From the NCBI RefSeq assembly GCF_000016745.1, contig NC_009483.1, positions 780,001-812,000 on the forward strand: a DNA stretch of 32,000 bases, read 5' to 3'. Made by a program: the position numbers and the translations under genes. This DNA is from Geotalea uraniireducens Rf4 (GTDB lineage: Bacteria > Desulfobacterota > Desulfuromonadia > Geobacterales > Geobacteraceae). Shown piece by piece: positions 18,171-26,552 of this stretch (the stretch's first letter is position 1; the number at the start of each line of letters is the position of its first letter). Under the pieces are notes generated by a model that saw only the letters and a program-made list of their open reading frames with translations, did no database searches and was not told the origin of the DNA.

Positions 18171-18334
18171 GAGCCTGTCGGACTTAGGAATGAATCTACT
18201 GCGAGAATGGCAAATCGGTCCATATCTCTGGAAATTTTCGACGAATAGGTCCACTATTAGCTCTCAAATTTCCGGAAATCTGTCCTCGATTTTCCATCCT
18301 CTCGCTACGATTCCCTAAGTCGGACAAGGCTCCT
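18169..18334. repeat. 165-bp imperfect palindrome (long hairpin) between the stop codon and the terminator
   Basis: Arms pair block by block: AGGAGCC (18169-18175)/GGCTCCT (18328-18334); GTCGGACTTAGG/CCTAAGTCGGAC with one mismatch; GCGAGA/TCTCGC; AAATCG/CGATTT; GGAAATTT (18231-18238)/AAATTTCC (18267-18274). Confidence 0.65.
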
Positions 18335-18360
18335 GGCCGTGGTTGTCATGTTTTTGATAA

Positions 18361-18392
18361 AAAAGCCCCCTTCTCTGGCAGGGGGCTTTTTT
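18361..18392 (+). terminator. Rho-independent terminator
   Basis: GCCCCCT (18365-18371) pairs with AGGGGGC (18380-18386), followed by T6 and preceded by AAAA. Confidence 0.85.
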
Positions 18393-18482
18393 ATGCCCTG
18401 AATTCAGACAAATCGGCCGGCCCCGTTGAATAGGGGCGATATTTAGATATCATCTAGATGTTCACCAGCATGGAGGCAGCAG

Positions 18483-20588
18483 ATGGCCGTCACCGGCACG
18501 CAGTTGCGTAAAATACTGATCATCACGATCGTGGCGTTCGCAGTGTCACTCGGGTTGTTTCTCTCCGGGGTGCTCTCCCCGTTTGAGCTCAAGGTCTACG
18601 ACCTGTTTTCCCGTCGGCTGAATCCGGTCAAAAGCGCAGGGGACATTGTGATTGTTCAGGTCGACCAGCAGAGCATCGACGCCTTGAGCAGCGAGAACAT
18701 CACCTGGCCCTGGCCGAGGCAGATATATGCGCCGCTCCTCGATTATCTGGCGGAAGCCGACGCTGTGTTCATCGATATCCTTTTCACCGAGCCATCTTCC
18801 TACGGAGAGGAAGACGATATGGTATTCGCCGATGCCGTTAAAAAGGCTGGAAACGTCTACCTGCCGCTCTTTCTTTCCGGGAACAAAAGGGATATGACGG
18901 CTGAAGAGCTGGCGTACCTGAAAAAGACCTCCATGCCCGATGCCTTGTCGGCGCGGCTTGCCTATGAATCCGCAATTACCAATATCGACCGGCTGCGAAA
19001 CGCGGCACACGGCGCCGGTAATGTCATGATAAAGCCGGATCCGGACGGGGTGTACCGCCGAGCGCCTCTTTCCTTCAGGTTCCGGGATATGACGATCCCC
19101 CATTTCGTTCTCGGTTATCTCCTGGAGAAGGAGGCGGTTGCGGTCCGGGACAGACGTCTCGTTGCCGGGAACACCCCTTTACCGCTCATGGACGATTCAC
19201 TACTCCTCCGGTACTACAGCGGTGAGCAGCCGTTTCCCGTCATCTCCGCTGCCGCTCTGTTCAAGGCTTCGCTGGATGACCAGGCGGGAAAAAAGCCGGC
19301 AATCCAGAAGGGATACTTCAAGGGAAAGAAGGTCTTCATCGGTTTGACCGCAGCCGGACTCTACGACATGAAGCCGACCTCCATATCGCCCGTCTCCACC
19401 GGCGTAATGATCCACGCCACAACCCTTGATACCCTGCTCCACAGGCATTTCATAACGCCGGTGCCGGCTTATGTTCCTATCGCCTTGATGCTTATCCTTT
19501 CGCTTGCAGTCTGCTGGTTCGTTTTCACCCATCATGCACTCGGTCCCAACCTGTCGTTCTTTGCCGCGGCGTCGGTGTTTACCCTTGGACTTCCCGCCTC
19601 TCTCTTCAAGAACGGCATATATGTGCAGACCATACCGCCTGTTGCGGCGCTGATCGTTGCCGTAATATCCGCGGTCGCGTACAGTTACGCCACGGAAGGG
19701 AAAGAGCGCCGCTTTGTGCGGCGTGCATTTGCCCAGTACATGGATGAGACCATCGTTCAATATCTCCTGAAGAATCCGGATCTCATCAAGCCCGGCGGGC
19801 AACGCCGGCGGGTATCGGTGTTTTTTGCCGATATTGCGGGCTTTACCACCCTCGCTGAAAAGCTCCCTCCCGAAGCGACGGCGAAGATCCTCCACACCGC
19901 GCTCAACGCCTTCAGCGAAGTGATAATCCGCAATCACGGGGTTATCGACAAATACATCGGCGATTGCATCATGGCTTTCTGGGGAGCCCCCCTGGAGACG
20001 GAGCATGATGAGATAAACGCCTGCCGCGCCGCGCTCCAGTGCCAGGAAACGCTGGCCGAGGTGAATCGCGGCCTGGCGGCAGAAGGTTTGACGCAGATCG
20101 CCATCCGCATCGGCATCCATTCCGGCGAGGCGATTGTCGGCAATCTCGGCAGCGACCGGCTCTTCGACTACACGGCCATCGGCGATACGGTCAATCTCGC
20201 TTCCCGTCTGGAGTCGGCGAACAAGCATTTCAAGACCAGGGTCATGGTCAGTGAGGATACATTCAACAGGACCGAAGGGCTCTTCCCGGCACGGGAACTG
20301 GGGCTGATCGAGGTGAAGGGGAAGTCCCTGCCGATCAGGATTTATGAGCTGATGGCGGCCGTGGAGAGGACCGAAGCCGAAGTGAAAACCTTTATTGATG
20401 GCTATCAGCGGGCTTATGAACTGTTCATGGAGAAAAAGTGGGGGGAAGCTGCGGAAGCGTTCGGCCGCTTCCTCGACGCCTACCCCGGCGACGGGCCGGC
20501 AGTTTATTACAGGGCCTGGTGCGAGACTCTCAAGGAAAATCCACCATTGACTAATAACTGGAATGTGATAAAAATGACGGAGAAATGA
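18483..20588 (+). CDS. CHASE2-sensor class III adenylate/guanylate cyclase with a C-terminal helical (TPR-like) tail
   Basis: N-terminal TM helix, a periplasmic domain of about 300 aa, then three TM helices (CHASE2 architecture). Cyclase motifs VFFADIAGFT, KYIGDCIMAFWGAP, IGIHSGEAIVGNLGS and DYTAIGDTVNLASRLE. Confidence 0.88.
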   Translation: MAVTGTQLRKILIITIVAFAVSLGLFLSGVLSPFELKVYDLFSRRLNPVKSAGDIVIVQVDQQSIDALSSENITWPWPRQIYAPLLDYLAEADAVFIDILFTEPSSYGEEDDMVFADAVKKAGNVYLPLFLSGNKRDMTAEELAYLKKTSMPDALSARLAYESAITNIDRLRNAAHGAGNVMIKPDPDGVYRRAPLSFRFRDMTIPHFVLGYLLEKEAVAVRDRRLVAGNTPLPLMDDSLLLRYYSGEQPFPVISAAALFKASLDDQAGKKPAIQKGYFKGKKVFIGLTAAGLYDMKPTSISPVSTGVMIHATTLDTLLHRHFITPVPAYVPIALMLILSLAVCWFVFTHHALGPNLSFFAAASVFTLGLPASLFKNGIYVQTIPPVAALIVAVISAVAYSYATEGKERRFVRRAFAQYMDETIVQYLLKNPDLIKPGGQRRRVSVFFADIAGFTTLAEKLPPEATAKILHTALNAFSEVIIRNHGVIDKYIGDCIMAFWGAPLETEHDEINACRAALQCQETLAEVNRGLAAEGLTQIAIRIGIHSGEAIVGNLGSDRLFDYTAIGDTVNLASRLESANKHFKTRVMVSEDTFNRTEGLFPARELGLIEVKGKSLPIRIYELMAAVERTEAEVKTFIDGYQRAYELFMEKKWGEAAEAFGRFLDAYPGDGPAVYYRAWCETLKENPPLTNNWNVIKMTEK

Positions 20589-21055
20589 GAACCCATACAG
20601 CCATCATAATCGTTATCCTTTTCCTCCTGGTCCCCGCCCTTTCCCCGGCCGCCGATTCGGCGCGGGTCGTTGTCCGGGAGAACGCAATCAGGGGGCAGTG
20701 CCGGTTTTTTGCCCCGGTCAAGGCGAAGATCCGTTACAACGATCTGCTCACCATTATCTCCAGGAGCGGCGACTGGTACAAGGTCAGCTTCAAGGGGGTC
20801 AATGGCTGCGTCCACAAGAGCGCTATCGAGGAAAAGAGCTTCAAGCTGGGCGGCGGATTTGCCCCCGGGGGACAGGCCCCATCCAGGGACGAGGTGTCTC
20901 TTGCCGGAAAGGGCTTTAACCCCCAAGTGGAGGCTTCCTACAAGGGGAGTCATCCAGAGCTTGATTTCCGCTCCGTCGATGAGATCGAGCATTACCAGGT
21001 AAGCAGCGATGCCCTCACTGAATTCCTGAAGGACGGAGGTCTCAGCGAGCCATGA
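20585..21055 (+). CDS. Secreted bacterial SH3-domain protein
   Basis: Signal peptide MRTHTAIIIVILFLLVPALSPAA. SH3b-like LLTIISRSGDWYKVSFKGVNGCVHKSAI. The ATG overlaps the cyclase stop (ATGA at 20585-20588). Confidence 0.65.
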   Translation: MRTHTAIIIVILFLLVPALSPAADSARVVVRENAIRGQCRFFAPVKAKIRYNDLLTIISRSGDWYKVSFKGVNGCVHKSAIEEKSFKLGGGFAPGGQAPSRDEVSLAGKGFNPQVEASYKGSHPELDFRSVDEIEHYQVSSDALTEFLKDGGLSEP

Positions 21056-21918
21056 CCAGGAACTTGTTATGCGCCTGCCTTGCGGGTCTTCTCCTCCTTT
21101 CGTCGGGGTGCAAAATCCAGGACTTGACCCCGGAACAGATCGGCATGATCTCCAGGTCGCTTACTACCACGCTTAAGGCGGCCAGGCCCATCAGCGACGA
21201 GGAAGAGTATTATGTCGGGCGTGCAGTGGCGGCCCGCATTCTCACGACGAACCACCTGGTGAACAACAAGAAGCTGACCGATTATGTCAACCTGGTGGGG
21301 CAGTCGGTAGCCATCCACTCAGAGAAGCCGTTCACCTACGGCGGTTATCATTTTGCCGTTCTCGACAGCAGCGACATCAATGCCTTTGCCTGCCCCGGCG
21401 GCATTATCTTCATTACCCGCGGCATGGTGAATGCCGTAAAGAACGAGGACGAACTGGCGGCCGTTCTTGCCCATGAAGTTGGGCACATCAACCACCGCGA
21501 CGGCATCAGCGCCATATCACAGTCGCGCTGGACCGAGGCGCTGACCGTCATTGGCACTGATGCGGCCAAGACCTATGGTTCGCAGGATGTCGCCAAACTG
21601 GCAGGGCTTTTCGAGGGGTCAATCGACGACGTTTTCAAGACCCTTGTGGTCAACGGCTACGGCCGGTCACAGGAGTACGCCGCTGACCAGGCATCACTGC
21701 ACTATCTGGCCGCAACCGGCTATGAACCCCGGGCATTGAAAGACTTCCTCGATCGGATCGTGAAACAGAATAAGGGCGCGGAGGGGGGAATAATGAAGAC
21801 CCACCCTGCGACCAGCGACAGGATTGAGAATGTGTTGACCAACATGCCCGAACAGAAGGGCGATCCGGCGCTGGTTCAACTGCGCAACCGACGATTCGCA
21901 GCTGCCGTCGGCAAGTGA
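21052..21918 (+). CDS. M48-family Zn metallopeptidase, lipoprotein
   Basis: Lipobox LLLLSSGC, HEVGHINHRD (HExxH), downstream THPATSDRI. The start overlaps the SH3 gene stop (ATGA at 21052-21055). Confidence 0.85.
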   Translation: MTRNLLCACLAGLLLLSSGCKIQDLTPEQIGMISRSLTTTLKAARPISDEEEYYVGRAVAARILTTNHLVNNKKLTDYVNLVGQSVAIHSEKPFTYGGYHFAVLDSSDINAFACPGGIIFITRGMVNAVKNEDELAAVLAHEVGHINHRDGISAISQSRWTEALTVIGTDAAKTYGSQDVAKLAGLFEGSIDDVFKTLVVNGYGRSQEYAADQASLHYLAATGYEPRALKDFLDRIVKQNKGAEGGIMKTHPATSDRIENVLTNMPEQKGDPALVQLRNRRFAAAVGK

Positions 21919-21969
21919 AGTGCCCACGAAATGAGAACTTAAATCCCATCTTCCGACCCATGGAATGCC

Positions 21970-23244
21970 ATGACCCTCACCGTTTTAATCTGTTATCTGC
22001 TCGTCACCGCGGTCGGGTATTATCTCCGCTTCCTTAATCTGCAGCACCTCAAGCTGCATGGCACCGAGATCCCCGCCGGTTTTGAGGATGCCATCGACGC
22101 CGATACCCTGGTAAAAACCTCCGCGTACACCATTGAACAGAGCCGCCTCGGGCTTGTGGAGTCGCTTTTCGACAACGTCATGCTCCTGCTGTTCCTCTTC
22201 GGCGGCCTGCTTGTTTTCTATGACCGCTGGATTACTTCCCTCAGCGGCTCCTTTGTCTGGAGCGGCGTGCTGTTTTTCCTAATTCTGACGCTTATTCAGA
22301 CCGTTTTGGATATCCCGTTCAGCCTCTACGGGACCTTCCGCATAGAAAACCGTTTCGGCTTCAATACCATGACAACGCGGCTCTGGCTTTCCGACCTGGG
22401 GAAATCCACGGCTATTTCGGCTGTCATCCTGACTTTAATGATCGCAGGCGCGTTTTCCCTGGTGCGCTGGAGTCCCGGTTTCTGGTGGCTCTGGGTCTGG
22501 GGGTTCTTTGCGGTGGTTTCCATCTTTTTCATGTACGTTTCTCCATACCTGATCGAGCCGCTTTTTTACAAGTTCGAGCCGGTTAAGGATGCGGAGCTGG
22601 AGCAGGGGATCCGGCGGCTCATGGAGAAGGCCGGCCTTCACGTCAGCCGGGTCATGCAGATGGATGCCTCACGGCGGAGCCGCCATTCCAATGCCTATTT
22701 TACCGGCATCGGCAGGGTTAAGCGGATCGTGCTTTACGACACGCTGCTGACGCAAATGAACCGGCAGGAGATAATTACCATACTTGCCCATGAGGTCGGG
22801 CACTGGAAAAAGGGGCATGTGTGGAAGCTCCTGGTCATGACCGAGATCGGGGGACTGCTCGGCTTCTATGCGGCTTTCAGGCTTCTGCAATGGGGCGGCC
22901 TGCCGGGTGTGCTCGGTTTGCCCCACGCATCGTTTCCCGCCCAACTGGTGATCCTCGGTTTTATCAGTTCGCTGCTCATGTTTCCTTTCACGGCGCTTTC
23001 CAGCTGGCTTTCGCGCAGGCATGAATGGCAGGCGGACCGCTTTGCCGAGGAACTCTCCGGCACGCCTGGCGCTCTGGCAACGGCGCTCGTCAAGCTCAAC
23101 CGGGAAAACCTCGGCAATCTGCACCCCCACCCGCTCTACGCCAAGTTTTATTATTCCCATCCGCCGGTCGTCGAAAGGGTGCAGCGGTTGCGGAAAGCCG
23201 CCCTGGCGGCGGATGTCGGATCGGCCAATGAAGCCGAAGAGTGA
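21970..23244 (+). CDS. Ste24/HtpX-like integral-membrane M48A metallopeptidase
   Basis: Multiple TM helices, ILAHEVGHWKKGH (HExxH), NLGNLHPHPLY and YSHPPVVERV typical of Ste24-type CAAX-protease homologues. Confidence 0.85.
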   Translation: MTLTVLICYLLVTAVGYYLRFLNLQHLKLHGTEIPAGFEDAIDADTLVKTSAYTIEQSRLGLVESLFDNVMLLLFLFGGLLVFYDRWITSLSGSFVWSGVLFFLILTLIQTVLDIPFSLYGTFRIENRFGFNTMTTRLWLSDLGKSTAISAVILTLMIAGAFSLVRWSPGFWWLWVWGFFAVVSIFFMYVSPYLIEPLFYKFEPVKDAELEQGIRRLMEKAGLHVSRVMQMDASRRSRHSNAYFTGIGRVKRIVLYDTLLTQMNRQEIITILAHEVGHWKKGHVWKLLVMTEIGGLLGFYAAFRLLQWGGLPGVLGLPHASFPAQLVILGFISSLLMFPFTALSSWLSRRHEWQADRFAEELSGTPGALATALVKLNRENLGNLHPHPLYAKFYYSHPPVVERVQRLRKAALAADVGSANEAEE

Positions 23245-23347
23245 TCCGGTTTCTTGCATGTTAATGGGAGACAAGTCCGCTCTTCTGTGATATAAAAAAT
23301 GCGGATTACGGCTTGTTAATGCGATGTGTTTAAGAAAGGGGGGGCAG

Positions 23348-24757
23348 ATGCAACGGTCGGTGAACGTGCCACAGGAGATATCAGAACCGGTGACCCGGCG
23401 GAACCCGTTTCGCGCAACAGCCTTGTTTGGGGGCATGCTGACGCTTCTCGTCGCGGCAACGGGGGTATCGGCGGCAGAGTCCATGCACGCCGGGATCGAA
23501 AAGTACGAGGGGACCAAGACCTGTCTGGAATGCCATGATACCCTGGGAAAGGAGGTCGCCATGAGCCTCCACTACCAGTTGCAGGCCGAGCCGCAGTTCA
23601 TCGAGGGTTGGGAGAAGGGGAAGAGCGCCGGCATGCTCGTGAGCTATTGTCCGCCCCCCAATACGGTTGCCGGACACAACTGGCTCGGCACGCTCCAGCC
23701 CAATGATGCCTCGAAGGGCGCACAGCCGGCTGGTTGCGGCCGTTGCCATATCGGTCTCGGCGCCAAGCCCAATCCGGTCGACAAGCTGACGGAAGCGGAT
23801 TACGAAAATATCGACTGCCTTATCTGCCATGGACCCGATTACCGCAGGGTCGTAGTGAAGGAAGTGATAAAAAGTAAGATGAAGGTAAGGGAGGAAGTCA
23901 GGTTCAAACTGGCCCCGGCGCCAGACGTGGATATCCTCAAGGTCGTGCGCAATGTGAAGAAGCCGACCAGCGACATGTGTCTCCGCTGTCATGCCCTGGT
24001 CGGCGGCGGTCTCAACTATAAGGACGGAGTGGTTCCCACTGCCGATACGGACGTTCATTTTTCCATGGGGATGAACTGCACGGAGTGTCATACCACCAAA
24101 CAGCACAGGATTGCCGGTGGCGGTGACCTCAAGGCCCAGGAACTGAATGATGTCAGGGTGGCGTGCGACAATTGCCACACGCTGACGCCGCATAAGGGGG
24201 AGCAGGCGGACTTTCTTAACCGGCACGTGGCGCGCATCGCCTGCCAGACCTGCCATATCCCGGGCATAGCCCGCGATCCTAAGATGCCGACCATTGTCGA
24301 GCGGGACTGGACCAAGCCGGTGCTTGACGCAAAGAGCGGTCTATTCGAACCGACCAATAAGACTGCGACCAACGTCAGACCCGAATACCTGTGGTGGAAC
24401 AGGACCATGCGGGCGAACAACGAACCTGCGGGCTCGAAAAGGGACCTCAAGGCCAGGATCTACCCCTGGAAGCGGACCAACTATACGGTAATCGCCGATG
24501 CCGCCACCGGCAAGCCGGTATATATAAAATCCGGCGTATATGCGCTGACCGGCGATCCTGCTGCCGCAGCGGTGAAAGGGACTGTGGAAGCAAAGCAGCC
24601 GTACAGCGGCGAGTGGAAAGGGGTCCAGGAACCGATGCGGTATGCGCTCAATCACCAGGTGGCGCCCAAGTCCGAGTCGCTGCAATGCGATGTCTGCCAC
24701 AGCGAGAATACCATCCTGGATTTCAAGGCGCTCGGCATGAAGAGCAGGAGAAAATAG
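23348..24757 (+). CDS. Octaheme c-type cytochrome, periplasmic
   Basis: Eight CxxCH motifs (CLECH, CGRCH, CLICH, CLRCH, CTECH, CDNCH, CQTCH, CDVCH). ATG at 23348 after GGGGGG. Signal peptide ...LLVAATGVSAAES. Confidence 0.85.
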   Translation: MQRSVNVPQEISEPVTRRNPFRATALFGGMLTLLVAATGVSAAESMHAGIEKYEGTKTCLECHDTLGKEVAMSLHYQLQAEPQFIEGWEKGKSAGMLVSYCPPPNTVAGHNWLGTLQPNDASKGAQPAGCGRCHIGLGAKPNPVDKLTEADYENIDCLICHGPDYRRVVVKEVIKSKMKVREEVRFKLAPAPDVDILKVVRNVKKPTSDMCLRCHALVGGGLNYKDGVVPTADTDVHFSMGMNCTECHTTKQHRIAGGGDLKAQELNDVRVACDNCHTLTPHKGEQADFLNRHVARIACQTCHIPGIARDPKMPTIVERDWTKPVLDAKSGLFEPTNKTATNVRPEYLWWNRTMRANNEPAGSKRDLKARIYPWKRTNYTVIADAATGKPVYIKSGVYALTGDPAAAAVKGTVEAKQPYSGEWKGVQEPMRYALNHQVAPKSESLQCDVCHSENTILDFKALGMKSRRK

Positions 24758-24781
24758 CGTTCAGGATATATCCCTGGAAGT

Positions 24782-24816
24782 AAAAGCGCCCGGCAACAAT
24801 GTTGTCGGGCGCTTTT
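24782..24816 (+). terminator. Rho-independent terminator after the cytochrome gene
   Basis: GCGCCCGGCAAC (24786-24797) pairs with GTTGTCGGGCGC (24801-24812), followed by TTTT. Confidence 0.8.
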
Positions 24817-24856
24817 ATATTCTGGGCGGAAAGGATTACGTTCTTCAAGACATGAC

Positions 24857-25132
24857 TCACGCGACGACGCACCAAAAGTAGGCGCTCTTAAGCGACGAAA
24901 GGCTTTTAAACAAATTATCCTAAAAATGGCAGTTGTTTACCGCAAAGGCGCAAAGGGCGCAAAGAAATTCAAATACTTATGGGGATAAAGATCCAAACCA
25001 ATCGGGTGAAAGGTTTCCGTTAGATAAATGATTGATTTTACTTCGCGTTCTTAGCGCCTTTGCGGTTCAAATGCTTTTTCTAGTATTATTGGTTCATGGT
25101 TTTAAAACGTTGCGTCGTCGCATCGTTGCGTG
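24857..25132. repeat. Nested inverted-repeat element (MITE-like) in an AT-rich convergent intergenic region
   Basis: GCGACGACGCA (24861-24871) is complementary to TGCGTCGTCGC (25111-25121). ACCGCAAAGGCGC (24939-24951) is complementary to GCGCCTTTGCGGT (25054-25066). The flanks add further partial matches (TCACGC/GCGTGA, TTTTAAA). Confidence 0.6.
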
Positions 25133-25164
25133 AAATACAATATTTGGGTTCCGGCTTGTCCGGT

Positions 25165-26007
25165 TTAGGATACTGCCGGTTTACCCAGGGTTCCCCTGAC
25201 CGGTATCTGGTAATGTCCGGGAGAGGTCTGGTATTTGAGGAGAAGGAGGAAGACGAATTTCTGCTTGTCGAGGAACTCGGCTTTCGGCATCAGTTCCAGG
25301 GTCAGGTTCAGGGGGGCGGCACTCATGGGGGTAGTGAGCGGCGTGTCGCCCTTGAGCCGCGCATAGATCCCTTCACCCTCAAGGTTCAGACTTTCCAGGG
25401 TGGCCTTGCCGCCACCTATGCGGAGCATCCCCTGGATTGTCTTGTAGGAAGCGTCGGGGAGGGGCATTTGACCGATCTTCACCCCTTGCAGATGGGCTTC
25501 CGTCACTGCCAGTTGCAGGTCTCCAGTAGCGGCGTTCTGTTTCCCCTTGAAATTACCCTTGACGCGTAGTTCACCCTTGACCTGCGCGCCGGTCACAGTC
25601 TTGAAGAAAGGGATGTCCTCCAGTTGCACTCCGGCAATTTCCAGGGTCGAACTGCCGTTTTTCAGTGGCGCGAATTCCCCCTTTACTTCACCTTTACCGA
25701 TTGTTCCCTGGAAGCCGATGACCACTTTACCGGCGAATAGGGGCAGGATGCGGATTTTTGCCGTGGCCCTGTCGAACTTCAACAACGGCCCCTGTTCCGA
25801 GCCCAGTTCGAGGTTTTGGGCCCGGATGCCGAGGGGAAAAGCCAGGCCGAAGCTGGTGGTGCGCATGGTGTAGCCCTGGTTTTCCAGCGCACGGGCGAGC
25901 ACGCCTTGCAACTCTTTGCCGGGAATAAAGGCGATGGTGAGGATGATCAGGCAGAAGAGTGCGGCAGGAATCCCCCAACCCATGAGGATGAGACGGCGGC
26001 GGTTCAT
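25165..26007 (-). CDS. gspN: Type II secretion system protein N
   Basis: Last gene of the gsp operon. One N-terminal TM helix (MNRRRLILMGWGIPAALFCLIILTIAF) and a periplasmic beta-rich domain. The start overlaps the gspM stop. The assignment rests mainly on position and size. Confidence 0.6.
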   Translation of the reverse strand: MNRRRLILMGWGIPAALFCLIILTIAFIPGKELQGVLARALENQGYTMRTTSFGLAFPLGIRAQNLELGSEQGPLLKFDRATAKIRILPLFAGKVVIGFQGTIGKGEVKGEFAPLKNGSSTLEIAGVQLEDIPFFKTVTGAQVKGELRVKGNFKGKQNAATGDLQLAVTEAHLQGVKIGQMPLPDASYKTIQGMLRIGGGKATLESLNLEGEGIYARLKGDTPLTTPMSAAPLNLTLELMPKAEFLDKQKFVFLLLLKYQTSPGHYQIPVRGTLGKPAVS

Positions 26008-26552
26008 CGTGCTCCTTGCTGCGCAGCCTTGATCAGGGCTGCTGTCAGGGTCAGGTCAAGTTTCGCCGGGTCGTCGAAGCGGGTTTTTATCAGGGCCCTC
26101 TTTATGGTAACCGGTTTGGCCCCTTTTTCCAGCCTGAAGAGGAGGTTTACCGCCTCGTTGGCGGTGAGTCCTTCTATTTTCACCTCGGCTGCGTCTTCCA
26201 CGAAACCGGGCAGATCTTCACCTTTTACCGGTTTGATCTGGGTGTTTTTTCCCTTTATGCCGATCTCCTCGATAATCTTTGCCGGCGAATCGTCGGGTCT
26301 GGTTGCTGCCAGGCGGTTGGCCAGCTTTTGCGCGCCGGCGTTCGCTTCCTGGAAGCGGAGCTTTAACATGAGCATCTCGGTAATGTCAGCTTCCCGGCTG
26401 GCACGCTTTTTCTCCAGGCGGGCAACCTGGCTGTTGGCAGCCGAGAGAAGCACCGCCAGCAAGAGGATGGCGGCGATCCCCATTCCCCAGCGGAGACGGG
26501 TTTTATCATCCATGCGATTATAGGTTTCAATCAGGAGGTGCAGGTATTTCAT
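26004..26552 (-). CDS. gspM: Type II secretion system protein M
   Basis: 182 aa with a single TM helix (WGMGIAAILLLAVLLSAA), then a coiled coil and a ferredoxin-like domain. 4-nt overlaps with both neighbours. Confidence 0.65.
   Translation of the reverse strand: MKYLHLLIETYNRMDDKTRLRWGMGIAAILLLAVLLSAANSQVARLEKKRASREADITEMLMLKLRFQEANAGAQKLANRLAATRPDDSPAKIIEEIGIKGKNTQIKPVKGEDLPGFVEDAAEVKIEGLTANEAVNLLFRLEKGAKPVTIKRALIKTRFDDPAKLDLTLTAALIKAAQQGAR

Noticed and set aside
23348-23480. Twin-arginine-like string (TRRNPFRAT) in the signal peptide of the octaheme cytochrome
   Set aside because: It deviates from S/T-R-R-x-F-L-K by an extra Pro and the missing L-K. c-type cytochromes are exported unfolded by Sec for periplasmic heme attachment, so this is most likely coincidental.
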